A stretch of DNA of 64,000 bases, from NCBI RefSeq assembly GCF_048593235.1, contig NC_133618.1:75116478-75180477 (forward strand), written 5' to 3'. Positions 1-13,339 of the stretch are shown piece by piece. A program made the position numbers and the translations under genes. The DNA comes from Sminthopsis crassicaudata (taxonomy: Eukaryota). The notes under the pieces are model-generated. The model did not search any database, was not told where the DNA came from, and worked only from the letters and a program-made list of their open reading frames with translations. Position 1 is the stretch's first letter. The number at the start of each line of letters is the position of its first letter.

Positions 1-508
1 TTTCATTGTATGATTTCACAAGAGGTTCTTTAATTTCTTTCCAAATGCATCTTTAACTTCTCACTTTCTTGTGGCCAACTCTTTGTATCTACACAGTCTA
101 AGACAATTCTTTTTACATTAGAAATTTAATAAATGTTGTAACAAAGCATTCATGACATATAACATCATCTGTATTTTTCTCTGCCTCTTTCTGCCTATCT
201 CTTCTCTCTGTCTCCCCTCTCTCTCTCTTTCTCTGTCTCTTTCTTTCACAGAAACACACATACTCACAAAACAAAACAAAACAAAACAAAAAAACCAATC
301 CTGCAATGGGCTCAAGTCTTGTTTCCAAATATTTTTGTTAGAATCTGACATGTTCATTAACAAACGCTCCAAGAGCAAAATCAATATACTCCAGTCCTTA
401 ATATTTTAGGGATATGCACACAGAATACATTCAATAGATACTTACTAATTTTTATAAGTGCATCAAACTCTGGAGGTTATGGGTTTCAGGGATCAAGGAA
501 AAGAAGAA

Positions 509-1441
509 TCAAGGGACAGTTTTCCCTCTGAGAAGTTTCCTCAGGGCCCCCTTCATGTCCTGGTTCCTTAGACTGTAGATAAAGGGGTTGAACATAGGAG
601 TCACCACAGCATACATAACTGTAGCCACGGAGTCTTTCACAGAATAGGTTTTCAGAGGTTGCAAATACACCCCAAATAGAGTGCCATAGAACAGGGAAAC
701 CACAGCCAGATGTGAAGCACAGGTAGAGAATGCTTTGTACTTCCCAGTCGCTGAGGGGATCCTCAGGATGGCCTTGACAATTTGAACATAGGAAATGAGC
801 ATAAACAGAAAGGGAACAATGAAGAGGAGAGAGCCTGTTATGAGTAGCACTGCCTGGTTGACTCGGGTATCAGAGCAAGCCAACTGTAGTAGGACATACA
901 TCTCACAGAAGATGTGACTGACTTCCCGCGGCCCACAGAATGTCAAGGTGGACATGAGAATTGTGTGAGTCAATCCATAGAGAATGGAGAGGACCCAGCA
1001 TAGAACTAGCAACAAAATGCATAGTCTGGGGCTCATGATTATGCTATAGTGAAGGGGCCGGCAGATGGCCACAAAGCGATCATAAGCCATCACAGCCAAG
1101 AGAAGGTTGTCCAGAGCCACCAAAGAAACTAAAAAATACAACTGAATCAAGCATCCAGTGTAGGATATGACCTTTTTCTGTGTATATAGATTCACCAGCA
1201 TCTTAGGAACTGTATTAGATACAAAGCAGACATCTGTGAAGGAGAGGTTAGCCAAGAAGAAATACATTGGGGTGTAGAGGTGAACATCAGAGACAATGGC
1301 CAAGATAATCAGCAGGTTCCCACCCATAGTGACTAGATACATAATCAGAAATAGTCCAAAGAGAAATCTCTGGTGTTCTGGATCCTGAGTGAGGCCTAGG
1401 AGGAGGAATTCAGACACACTGGTCTGGTTTTGAAAGCCCAT
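509..1441 (-). CDS. OR1D: Olfactory receptor, family 1 subfamily D (OR1D2-like), 310 aa, intact
   Basis: Class II OR motifs: NQT sequon, [44 protein letters not shown]. Subfamily-diagnostic segments [22 protein letters not shown] and [17 protein letters not shown] match human OR1D2/OR1D5 as I recall them. Start placed at M10 of the ORF (MGFQNQT), 4 nt after a minus-strand CAG acceptor at 1448-1446. Symbol is subfamily level only. Confidence 0.95.
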   Translation of the reverse strand: MGFQNQTSVSEFLLLGLTQDPEHQRFLFGLFLIMYLVTMGGNLLIILAIVSDVHLYTPMYFFLANLSFTDVCFVSNTVPKMLVNLYTQKKVISYTGCLIQLYFLVSLVALDNLLLAVMAYDRFVAICRPLHYSIIMSPRLCILLLVLCWVLSILYGLTHTILMSTLTFCGPREVSHIFCEMYVLLQLACSDTRVNQAVLLITGSLLFIVPFLFMLISYVQIVKAILRIPSATGKYKAFSTCASHLAVVSLFYGTLFGVYLQPLKTYSVKDSVATVMYAVVTPMFNPFIYSLRNQDMKGALRKLLRGKTVP

Positions 1442-1655
1442 GTCTCTGTATGAATGCAATAATGACAAATGTTTATATAGCAGCTACTAATACTAGGTTC
1501 CTACACATTTTTAAAAAATCAGTTTATGAATAAATGACCACTAATTATTTGTTAAATGAACATGTTTAAATGAATACATTTTGAAATTATGAATAAAAAT
1601 AAATAAATTGTGAATTATTCAATTTAATAATTTCATTCAGGAAGAATTTACATTC

Positions 1656-1969
1656 TTTTATTTTTTCTGAAACAATTGGGGTTAAATTACTTGCCCAGTG
1701 TCACACAGCTAGAAAGTGTTATGGTAGTGTCGTGAATATAGCAAATAATTGTATGTGTTTTTCTTTCCAATTGATTTGTTTAATAACAAGCATCATCATT
1801 ACACTAATAATTTCTTTTGTGTTCTTTCAAGTATTAAAAAACTAATATTTTGCATAACATCATGTTTTATAACATGTATAACATAAATAGTGTCTAAGGC
1901 CAAATTTGAACTCAGATCCTCCTGACTTCAGGGCTGGTGCTCTAACTATGGCACCACCTAGCTACTCCC
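1656..1969 (-). mobile_element. WSINE1-type CORE-SINE interrupted by a ~165-bp insert
   Basis: 5' part ggggttaaattacttgcccagtgtcacacagctagaaagtgtta and 3' part agtgtctaaggccaaatttgaactcagatcctcctgacttcagggctggtgc flank a foreign segment at about 1725-1887. Confidence 0.8.
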
Positions 1970-3267
1970 TTAATTTTACTCTCTAAGCTCTTGAATTATG
2001 AAGGGAAAAACCAAGAATCATTATCCTAAATAGGTTTAATGACTTCTGAATAAATTTTTATTGCATGCACATAAATAACAGCATCAGGAATAGCAAATAG
2101 ATTGCTAGCTATGGGCAAAATTTTTAAATCTCTGAGACTCAGTAACTCTAAGATAGTTAGTTGCAAATTGTAGTTGGTGAAGATTATTGGCTATTTGAAT
2201 TCACTCAGGCTACTTATTTTGAGATAAATACTGGACAAAGTGTTGCATATAATTTTAGATGTGGCCATTTTCGTAGCCCTGTTTTTACTTAAATGATTTT
2301 CTTTGTTATGAGGTAATAGGAAGTTTCAAAGTGAGGTAATTTTAAGGTAAATCCAAAAATGACTGTAAAATTTAAACAAGTTATCAACGCAACTTATGTC
2401 ATAAAATTTTGAAAGGAAGAAGCAGTGGTAAATTTTGGTGACAAACTAGATAGTGGGGAAAAGCCAAGAAAAGAAGTAACCAAAGAGAATTTAGTGATCC
2501 TAAGCTTAGGAATCTGGGAAATAGTTTTACTATGAAGGCGAGTCATTATACTGAGGACAGTGGTAAATCTGATTCTGGACAATTTGAGTTTTAGATGCAG
2601 ATGACAGGATATGCAAGTAGAATTATTGTGTGAGTTGTAGAAGATTTAGAAGTAAGCTGAGGAACAGTTAGTGTGACATAGTAGAAAAGAGCCATGAACT
2701 TGGACCTAGAAGTTAAAATCCAAGTTCTGGCAGATACTAACAGTGTAACTGCACACAAATTACTTGATTAAGACAAACTTTCTTCATCTGTAAAATATTA
2801 ATATGTGTATTAACATTTCTCAGTGATAGTATAAAGAAAAACTATTTTGTAACCTTTTCGGTACTATGTAATATGTCTGTTACTGTTGAAAAGAGATATA
2901 GAATTGAAGTAAAGAGAGTGTGGAATCAAAAACTTTGTAATTTTGTGGATGAGAGCTAAGGGAAAGTCTGACAAAATGAAATAAAACAAATTACTTAGGT
3001 TCCATATGTTGTCAAGAGGGTTTTCCCTTTGATTAGATACCTCACATATCTTTGTATCCCAGTTCCTTAAATTGTAAGCACTAGTAGTCAGAGAGATTTT
3101 ATGGGTTGAGGATTATTTTAGGGGATGAATAAACTATTGACATCTTTTTGCTTCCAAACTCTAATGGAGAGGCTTCAATGACATGTAAAAGAGGAGACAT
3201 TCAAATAGGTGGTTATATTTAATTATCTGGGTTTTGGTGTGGATATTCAATAATTTAGAAAAATGGA

Positions 3268-3455
3268 TGAAGGGTGGGCCTGGATTCAGGAGGACCTGAG
3301 TTCAAAACTGGTCTCAAATATTTAGTGATTGTATGACTCCAAGTAAGTCACTTAACCTCTTTACTTATCTGCAGAAGAAGAAAATGGGCACGATCTTTGC
3401 CAAGAAAATCCTTATGGACTCATGAAGAGTCAGACTACTGAAAATCAGAACAACA
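3268..3455 (+). mobile_element. MAR1-type CORE-SINE (tRNA head + BovB-derived tail)
   Basis: ggattcaggaggacctgagttcaaa head, then gatctttgccaagaaaatcc...catgaagagtcagactactgaa tail. Confidence 0.6.
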
Positions 3456-4849
3456 ATAAGAAAAACAATAGGAGCTGGATGTTGGGTCAGTTTTGACCCA
3501 CTTCAGGAGATACTAGGAGAATTATGCCCATTCTGCTGGACATTTGGGAGGAGATAAGTCATGGCTAATGGCACTACTGAGACTGAGACAAGCCATACCT
3601 CTTACTTAACCTCAAGGGGAAATAGAAAGAAAATAGGTAATAAATTTTAAAGCAAGTGCATCTATCTAATTGATTACTTTTATGCCCTTTTGATTCTTTG
3701 AACCAATGTGAATTATTTGTGAATTTACTTTACTCATGGTAAATCAACATGCCAAGATCTGCACATAGATTCCAGAATATGTTGGAAGAGGGAGGGATGA
3801 AAGAGGGCTGGATGTTTGGATTCATCCAAACCTCACTGTCAGAAAAAAAAAAAAAGAAGAAGAAGGCCACATGGGAGTCAGGAAAGGGGAACAGTCAATC
3901 AGAGTTAAAATATAATTCTGCATATGAACTACATCAGGGCATATGGCAATGGTTTGAAAAGAAATTCTAACCCAGACCAGGGAGAGTGATCTACATACCC
4001 AAGGAAGCTACTGATACTGGTAGTCTCACTCTGATGCTCTCACATATGTCCATTCAATTATCTTCATCATAATTTCTACAAGTTTGAATGTCTGAACATC
4101 CATAGACTGGAACTCAAGGCTCAGCTCTTCTCAGAGCAGTGTTGTTAATATAGCAAATAATTGTATGTGTTTTTCTTTTCAATTGAATTGTTTAATAACA
4201 ATTAAGCACCATCATTATACTAGTAACTTCTTTTGTGTTCTTTCTAGTATTGAAAAAATTAATATTTTGCATAACATCATGTTCTATAAGTTGTTGCATT
4301 ATTTATCTTGTTGTTCATAGTAACCCTCTAAAATAGTACAATTATTAATTTTATTTTACAGATAGCTCATAACAGAATCTCAGAGTATCGAAACACAGAA
4401 CTTTGGACCTAGTTTATCTGTGCTAAGTTTCAGTTCTTTCTTCTTTCTATATCATAACACTTTCATATGATTCTCTAAGTTACATCATATACCATATCTC
4501 CTTGACTTTGCCTGAATATAATTGGCTCTAAATGGATGGCTCCATTCTTCTCAAAAAGGCTTTCAATCTCCAGGAGAATGGGGAATAGAGGAAGAATCTA
4601 CTTTAAAAATATCTCATGTGTAGATAATTCACTCTGAACTGTTTCCTTAGAAAAGGCTTAGCCTGGGCTGAGAGATAAGGTGAATAAAGAAAACTATATG
4701 TGTATGTACATGGATCTTTGTGTGTCTGAGTAAGTCTATAAGTATGTGAGCATTTGTGAATGTCTGTACAGATTATTGTCTTTTATGCATATCTTGGTGT
4801 TTGTGTATTAGTCTAAAGGGAACTCTTCCATTTCAGTTACCCTAACTCT

Positions 4850-5390
4850 TACCTAGATAGTTTATGCTGATCTCAGGAGCTGTCATACAAGGCCATGATT
4901 CTATCTCTTCTCTTCAGATGAGGAGTGACATACTATTAAGGAACTAAAGGAACACTCTCCTACAGAAGTAGGAGAGCTTGTGCTGGAAACTGGGGAACTC
5001 CAGAGCTGGTCTTGGGAAACAGTTACCAGGGATCATGTCTTTAAAGCCAGAAGGGCTTGAACCAGGACAGAATAAAGCCTATATAGAGAGGAGATTTGGG
5101 GTCCTCTGGGAGACAATTCCTAAAGCTCCTCATTGGAGATTAACACAGATAGTTATTTCACAACAGTTTCACAATCTGAGTGTTCCAAGGGGAGGAATTT
5201 TAGGAAACAAGCCTCATAGGATGAAACCATGCTCACACAGATTCCATTCCATCCTGAGATCTGTCGCCATCTACACTAGGGAATGTGTTAGCCCCGTTTT
5301 TCTCTTTCCTATCCTCTGGGAACAAAATCCCTATGATATTTCTTTTTAAGGCTCCTCATAATTCCCCTAGCTAGAAGTAAATTAATGGTA
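4850..5390 (-). promoter_or_regulatory. Putative OR1D promoter and 5' non-coding exon
   Basis: O/E-like sites TCCTCTGGGA at 5102-5111 and 5312-5321 and TTCCAAGGGG at 5183-5192. TATATAG at about 5080-5086. Minus-strand donor TAG|GTAAGA at 4853/4852 could splice to the acceptor at 1446. Confidence 0.45.
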
Positions 5391-5954
5391 TATATGTTTA
5401 TGTCACTTTTCTTCAGAGCTTTCACGTATAGCATATTCAAAGTCATAGAGACATAAGATTGTAAATACTATAAGGAACCTGATTCATCATATGGTTCAAT
5501 CCTAAATTTTACATCTGGCACATCAAAAGATAGGACTTTAGTAGAAAAATATACATGTTCACATAAATAGAGTGAAAAACAATAAATACAAAAGATATAT
5601 TTCTACCTTAGGAAAAAGAGGTCACTTTCCTCCACTTCTGACCAAGACAGTTTTGCTGGAGATGTTGCATTTGAAATGGACCTTGGAAGGTCTGTAAAAT
5701 TTCAACTGATGAATAGTAAAAGGGATAATGAGAAATGGCATTCCAAGTTTATGTAAGGGCATTATTAGCAAACATACAATAGTGGGAAAGTATGAAAAAT
5801 ATTTGGAAAACAGAATTTCAAGTTTGACTAGAAGGGAATAGATGTGAATGGCAATAGTAAGAGATAAATGAAATAAGTTTCAATGGGACAAGACTGATAT
5901 AATCATTCATATGTAGATAAATCCCCAATGTAGATCCTTATAGTTTTATTTAAA

Positions 5955-6112
5955 ATCTTGCATATACATATACTAGATTGCTTGGTATCTTGGGGAGACA
6001 GAGGAGGGAAAGAAAGGGGGGAAATTTGGGATACGAGGTTTTGAAAAGGTTAATGTTGAAAACTATTTTTGAATGTATTTGGAAAGATAAAATACTATTA
6101 AAATTTGTAATA
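5955..6112 (+). mobile_element. Old L1 3' terminal fragment
   Basis: G-rich tract then gttaatgttgaaaactatttttgaatgtatttggaaa...aaaata, typical of marsupial L1 tails. Confidence 0.5.
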
Positions 6113-6780
6113 AAAACATACTATATCCCTTATCCCATATAATGCTTAAATATGTGTGTATATTCAATCCCATACATGTGTTTATATACATGTATGTGCA
6201 CATATATGTGATTTTTGACTGCTTAACAGTGTTCTTCCTTTCCAAATGAATGGGTTCTTTTCTAGATCTGTCATCATACTGAATGTCATTGGGAACAACT
6301 CTGTGGAAGAAATCTGTGATCCAAGAAATTTTAGAATTATCACTGTAACCCCATCTCCATTATTAAACATATAATTACTCAATTCACTCCAAGTAGTCCA
6401 ATTATGACTATTAGTCTATAAATATATCTGAGCCAATAGGAGAAGTGGAAAATGTATAAACCCTGATCATATTAAGATTTGCTTCCTACTAAGAAGCCTT
6501 CAGGTTCACACCATATGAGAGCTAGGTAAAGAAGATGTGGATGGATAATAAAAGACAAGATAACAGATCATACACCTGCTGGCTTCACTGAGTTCCTTTA
6601 AGACAATTCAAATCTCACCTTTTCCAGAATTACTTTCCTGGTTTTCCCCCTACCCTTTGTCTTTCGAAGCTAGTTCCTTCCCTCTGAGATTATTTTCCAT
6701 CTATTTTATATATGTAGCTGTTTATTTATTGTCCCCTCAACTAGAATGTGAAATATTTGTGGACCAATATCTTGTATTTG

Positions 6781-8746
6781 CATCCAAAAGCAAGAGATAC
6801 AAAGAGAAATTCCATTCAAAATAACAGTCAATAGTATAAAATATTTGGGAATATATCTACCAAAGGAGAGTCAGGAATTATATGAGCAAAATTACAAAAC
6901 ACTTGCCACAAAAATAAAGTCAGATTTAAATAATTGGAAAGACATTCAGTGCTCTTGGATAGGCCGAGCGAATATAATAAAGATGACAATACTCCCCAAA
7001 CTAATCTATTTATTTAGTGCTATACCAATCAGACTCCTAAGAAACTATTTTAATGACCTAGAAAAAATAACAACAAAATTCATATGGAAGAATAAAAGGT
7101 CGAGAATTGCAAGGGAACTAATGAAAAAAAAACTCAGAGGAAGGTGGTCTAAGTGTACCTGATTTAAAGCTATATTATAAAGCAACAGTCACCAAAACCA
7201 TTTGATATTGGCTAAGAAATAGACTAGTTGATCAGTGGCATAGGTTAGGTTCACAGGGCAAGATAGTGAATAAAAATAGCAATCTAATCTTTGACAAACC
7301 CAATGATCCCAAATTTTGGGATAAGAATTCATTATTTGACAAAAACTGCTGGGAAAACTGGAAATTAGTATGGCAGAAACTAGGCATGGACCCACATTTA
7401 ACACCATCTACTAAGATTAGATCAAAATGGGTCCAAGATTTAGGCATAAAGAACGAAATCATAAATAAATTGGAGGAACTTGGGATGGTTTACCTCTCAG
7501 ACTTGTGGAGGAGGAAGGAGTTTGTGTCCAAGGGAGAACTAGAGACCATTATTGATCACAAAATAGAACATTTTGATTACACAAAATTAAAAAGTTTCTG
7601 CACAAACAAAACTAATGCAAACAAGATTAGAAGGGAAGTAACAAATTGGGAAAAAATTTTTACAGTTAAAGGTTCTGATAAAGGCCTCATCTCCAAAATA
7701 TACCAAGAATTGACTTTAATTTATAAGAAATCAAGCCATTCTCCAATTGATAAATGGTCAAAGGATATGAACAGACAATTTTCAGATGATGAAATTAAAA
7801 CTATTTCCACTCATATGAAAGAGTGTTCCAAATCACTATTGATCAGAGAAATGCAAATTAAGACAACTCTGAGGTATCATTACACACCTGTCAGATTGGC
7901 TAAGAAGACAGGAACAAATAACGATGAATGTTGGAGGGGCTGTGGGAAAACTGGGACACTGATGCATTGTTGGTGGAGTTGTGAAAGAATCCAACCATTC
8001 TGGAGAGCAATCTGGAATTATGCCCAAAAAGTTATCAAAATGTGCATATCCTTTGACCCAGCCATACTACTACTGGGCTTATATCCCAAGGAATTACTAA
8101 AGAAGGGAAAGGGACCTGTATGTGCCAAAATGTTTGTGGCAGCCCTTTTCATAGTGGCTAGAAGCTGGAAGATGAATGGATGTCCATCAATTGGAGAATG
8201 GTTGGGTAAACTATGGTATATGAATGTTATGGAATATTATTGTTCTATAAGAAATGACCAACAGGAGGAATATAGAGAGGCTTGGAGAGACTTATATCAA
8301 CTGATGCTGAGTGAAACGAGCAGAACCAGAAGATCATTATACACTTCAACAATGATACTGTACGAGGATGTATGCTGATGGAAGTGGATTTCTTCAACAT
8401 AGAGAAGAGCTAATCCAAGTCCAATTGATTAATGATGGACAGAACCAGCTACATCCAGAAAAGGAACACTGGGAAATGAGTGTAAACTGTTATTTTTACC
8501 TTCTGAATCCAATTCTTCCTGTGCAACAAAAAATTCGGTTCTACACACATATATTGTATCTAGAATATACTGTAATATATTTAACATATATAAGACTGCT
8601 TACCATCTGGGGGAGGGGGTTGGGGGAGGAAGAGAAAAAATCTGAATAGAAGCAAGTGCAAGGGATAATGTTGTAAAAAATTACCCATGCATATGTACTG
8701 TCAAAAAATGTTATAATTATAAAATAAAATAAAAATTTAAAAAAAA
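6781..8746 (+). mobile_element. Young 5'-truncated LINE-1 (C-terminal ORF2 + 3'UTR + A tail) with 12-bp TSD
   Basis: ORF2 motifs YLGIYL, WIGRANIIKMTILPKLIYLFSAIP, GLISKIY and the Cys-rich CWRGCGKTGTLMHCWWSC. TSD ATCTTGTATTTG at 6769-6780 and 8747-8758. Inserted into an L2 3' end (about 6560-6780 and 8747-8820). Confidence 0.95.
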
Positions 8747-9839
8747 ATCTTGTATTTGATTTTCTTTGTATATCCCTGGAATGTAGGTAGATGAATCCTT
8801 ATTAAATATTTGATGGTTGATTAATTAACATAGAATTATAAATCTGGACCTGGAAGGGACCTTGTTCAATTCCCCTCATTCTAGAAATGAAGAAATTAAG
8901 ACCCATAGAAGTTTTATGAATTGCCTGTAGTCACACAAGGTGAACTTGTACCCAAATTCTCTAATTCTATAGACATGTTTTATCTATTATAATGTTTCTC
9001 CTATGAAAATTATCTTTAAATATTGGAATAAGGCCAATATGTGGCCCTGTGAAAATATTTCACTATGTGTTAGTTTGCTGGTGAGGAAGTAAATTAATCT
9101 GGGGGGCTCCAATCTCATGAGTTTTGAAAGGTTAGAAGAGTGAGCCACTAGGAATCCAAGAGTTTGGGAGTTCAGGGATTTAAATCCATGAAGGATTTTA
9201 TAGCCATCTAAGCTTCTATGCCTCAAGGATTGAAGAGGTTATGGATACATCCCTCAATGGTCACTGGAATGAGAACTCTTTAGGCAATGATGGTACATGT
9301 GGACATGGATTTATTGAGAGCAAAACTATATAGAAATTTTGCTGGAGTTGTATCCTTCAGTTGTCAGGGGTAAATGTTGATACTTTTGTTCTTATATCAC
9401 CAAAATAAATATACTTTTTGTAAAACTAATTGATGTTAAATGGTTATGTTGAATTGCGACGTTGGTATTAGGAAAAATAAATGGCAGAAAAATAAGCTGA
9501 TAGCATTAAAGGGGAGATTCACCAATGACCCAAAGATATTCCCAAGAATCCTGAAGGGAAATCTAATAACTTGGCTGTGGAAGAGTGAACCCATATTAGT
9601 GGCAGTACAAATTAGAATGAGTTCCCTTCAGAGGTATTTGGATTCTCCTTCTAGGAAGTCATTGAGTAAAGGCTACTTGGTCTGGGGTTTTGTAAAGGAC
9701 ATTCTCTTTGTGGAATGAGTTAAACTAGAACAAAATTGAACTCCATCTTGGAAATATATCATTCAGTGTTTGTGTGATTCTGTCTTAACTTCTAGTTAAT
9801 TGTCATCAGGCCATTGAAATTTCCAAAACATTATAACAT

Positions 9840-9978
9840 CTTTTTTTTTCCTGAGGCAATTGGGGTTAAGTGACCTGCCCAGAATCACACATCCAGTTAA
9901 GTGTCTGAGACCAGATTTGAACTCAGGTCCTCCTGACTTCAGGGCTGATGCTCTATCCACCACATCACCTAGCTACCC
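9840..9978 (-). mobile_element. WSINE1
   Basis: T tail, ctgaggcaattggggttaagtgacctgccc...gatttgaactcaggtcctcctgacttcagggctgatgctctatccac...cctagctaccc. Confidence 0.85.
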
Positions 9979-12824
9979 ATATTATGACATCTTTATGCCA
10001 AAACATAATTACTTAAGAAGGAGCATAAAAAGTTTCAAAGAGGTATATAACCAGGAAATGATGTGAACTGGACAAAGCATTAACTGATGGACAAAGACAT
10101 TGCTGCACTGATACTCTCATAATGTTGAAACCTAAAGCAATGTTCCAAATATGTTGGTGAAGCTTCTGTGGTAAAATTATAGGAGGACTTGTACAAAAAC
10201 TGAATAGGATAAAATGATTCAGATAAGTTGCAGAGTCCAGTGTTGGAGGAAATATCCATATCAATAAGGTTATTGATTCACAAAATAGTTAAGGTATGAT
10301 CCCTCAAAACAAGTCAGCCTTCAAGATCTTGAAGTCTAATATTTTCTCCAATCAGTTTCTTCTCTTTCCACCTTTCTTCTACTTTTGTATTTACCCAAAA
10401 CCTATATTTACTAGAACTCCACAAAAATTCTGTGATACAAACTGGTCTGGTTTTATATTAGAAAAATATTAGATTTTCTATTATCTGGTTTCCTAAATAC
10501 TTTGCAGACCTGTATTAGGTAAATAAAATTTGTTCATTAGCTTCTCATAAGCTCTGGTGGTAAGGTGAATACCTCAAAGATGTGCCTCATGTGTATGAAG
10601 GCACCTTCTTCCAACTGTATTCTTAGAATTCTATCCTATTTCATTTGTAGTTGATACAAAAATATGTGCAAAGTAAAAGAGAAATCTGTAGGATGGAGAG
10701 CCACAATAAGTGGCAAGATCTCAAATAATTTCTTGGACGAAGCGGCACATGGATTGTTCTCTTAAGAAAGTTGGAATTCTGTGGAAAGAGTGTAAGGAGG
10801 AAAAGACATGAGGGACAGCTAGTGAAATCTGGGAGTTTGGGGAGTGAAATCTGAATGTTCTGAGGAAAAATTAATTAGCCACTGAAGCTTCTATCCAGTA
10901 TTCTTAAACTATTTTAACTCTGGTTAATTGACATTCAAATCATTGGATAGCTATGGGTATGTTATTAAATGACCAGAATCTAACAAATATTTTGGCAAAA
11001 TTGTCCTTTTAAATTTTGTTACCTAGACACACATCACCACCATAAAATACTCGCTTCTCTTCAAAATTGTATCTGATTTTTGTTAAGTAGCTCTGAGCAT
11101 CCCATAATATTCTAAGGATCCCAATGACATGACTGCTTCCTTTCCTAATAAATCATGATCCCTCTACTTTTAAGCACAGCCATCTAGAATCCAAGATGTC
11201 CCCTATCTTATAAGGAAATGATACAGTATGACTTTTAATAAAATTATCATGGCCATCACTGCATTTTGTAATTCAAGGAATTCTAGCAACTTTTTCCTCT
11301 TCCTGAGCTACCCTAATGATCTGTATATCTGTATATCCCATTATTCCCTCTCTGTTAACATAATGGACTTGTTTAAAGTCATAAATGAGAGTAAAGAGTA
11401 TTAATAATAATAATAACTCACATTTCTATAGCACTTCTACATAACAGTTTTTAAACAAAGGTTATAAAGCCTTTTTTTTTTCAAAATGGCTTCATAAAGT
11501 GGATAGAATGCATAAACATAATTATTTAGAGTATAGGTATCTTCATTTTGTATATAACTAGTCGACTGTAGAAGAAAATTATAGCTGATTAGAGAACAGA
11601 GTGATGACAACCAAGGCAAAGAGAACTCTGGAAGTTTTGCTTTATTTATTATTATGCCAGTAATAATTGGCAGAAGAAGACTGGGGACTTCTAAAGATTC
11701 AATCTAATAGTCCTAAAAAGCTGGAGGACTAAATGACCTACTGTAGAGATGACAGCCATAAGGGATGACAAAAATAAGAGAAAGAAATATTTTAAAATTG
11801 ATTCATTACCTATACATTCCCCTTTCTTTAATCAGTAGAAAGATATGAATCAAAATAGGAATTGGGATAGATGGATGGATGAATGGATGGATGGGAGACA
11901 TAAAGTATAGAAGAAAGAAGGAAGAAAAAGTGATTTGCTACCCTGCCTGTTTCCTCCACCTCAAAACCTATTTTAACCCACATCTCCCTAGTAATTAGAG
12001 AGGGTGAAGAAGAATTAAAAAGGACTATATGAAGAGCCATTCTTTATAGTTCCCTACTCTTTAATATAAACATTTAGTCAAGTCATCAAGCATTTAAATA
12101 CCTATCTTTTATTAATAAATTTATTGGTTATTAAATATAATTATTTTAACTTATTAAGTTAAGTATTTGTTGGTACATATGCTTCAACATCAAATATATT
12201 TAGATATTTACTATTTATGAGACTGATTATTTCTTAATGAAGAATAATGTAGCTCTCCTTTTCATAAAATAATTTTTGTGAATTATGAACGTCATTTTCA
12301 CAAAAGAAAAAGTCCCTCAATATGGTGAGAAATGGGAGAGATGTATTGCCTGTTATACTTATTCCTTTTTCTCTACTTCCTACATAAGGTACATAAAGCA
12401 AGAGAGTTAAAAAAAGAAAACCCCAAGTATAACATAATCCATCAGGTTCTAAGAATGTTTAACATCACTTTTGCAGGCACAATACCAGTTATTCTAGTTC
12501 TTATCTTTGAGCTTAACATTTTTCTATTTGGAATCCCATAATTTAAGAGTAAAAAGCAAAGATCTGAAAAAGATCCTTTTAGAAAGTTTTTTAAACAAAG
12601 TTTACAAAGTACTTTTTAAAAAGTACTTAAGTACATAAAAGTACATAAGAAAATTTGTTAAAAAAAAAAAAAAACTTTTATCTTCTCCATTGAGACTATA
12701 CACTTAGACATTACAACCTGAAGCTTAATACATATCGAGAACTGCCAAGCTTGATAATACCATTCTTGTGACTTGCTATATTCTGCAGAAATCACAGCAT
12801 TTTCTGTGTTGCCTAAGCTGCATT

Positions 12825-13130
12825 TTCAGTAAGTATTTATTAAATACCTTCTATATGACAGGAATGAAGATAGCACTGGTTATACAAAGCCAAAAAACAC
12901 TGTTCCTGTCCTCAAGGAGCTCACATTACACTAGAAGAGACAACGTACAACTGACTGGTCAAATATACAAATTATATTGTGTAAATAAAACAAAATCTTA
13001 GAGAGAAGGAACTTGGGAATTATTCTCCCAAAAAGACTAACAAATTACTCCTCCAGAAATTAAGACTTAAGCTGAGCATTATGAGTCAAGGAAGCCAGAA
13101 ATCACATGGGAAGAAATAGAACATTCTAGA
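12825..13130 (-). mobile_element. L2 3' fragment
   Basis: aagtatttattaaatacc...cctgtcctcaaggagctcacatt, canonical L2 3' region. Confidence 0.55.
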
Positions 13131-13339
13131 ATTAGTAATAGTGTATACTAACTACTACTCTTTCTCATGATTGGAAAAAAATTTTTTAACACAAAACTTC
13201 CTTATTGTAAGCATGTTAAAGGACTGCTAATAAATAGTATCCTAGAATAGTGCATCCAAGATCATTTTGAACAACATATACGTAGTCAGGAATCTCAGGA
13301 GCTCTTTCAGTTTTTCAGTAATGACTTCAAGTGATATTG

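Noticed and set aside
113-409. Overlapping short ORFs downstream of OR1D
   Set aside because: Products of CT-rich and (AAAAC)n low-complexity sequence.
1068-1088. MAYDRF instead of MAYDRY in OR1D
   Set aside because: DRF is a common tolerated variant in intact ORs.
9440-9718. 92-aa ORF ending WGFVKDILFVE, faintly like the Tc1/mariner WGYxKD motif
   Set aside because: The preceding SPDL-P-D motif is missing, and no TIRs or other transposase motifs are visible.
10590-10625. aaggcaccttcttccaactgt resembling KAFSTC codons
   Set aside because: No flanking OR motifs in any frame; compatible with chance.
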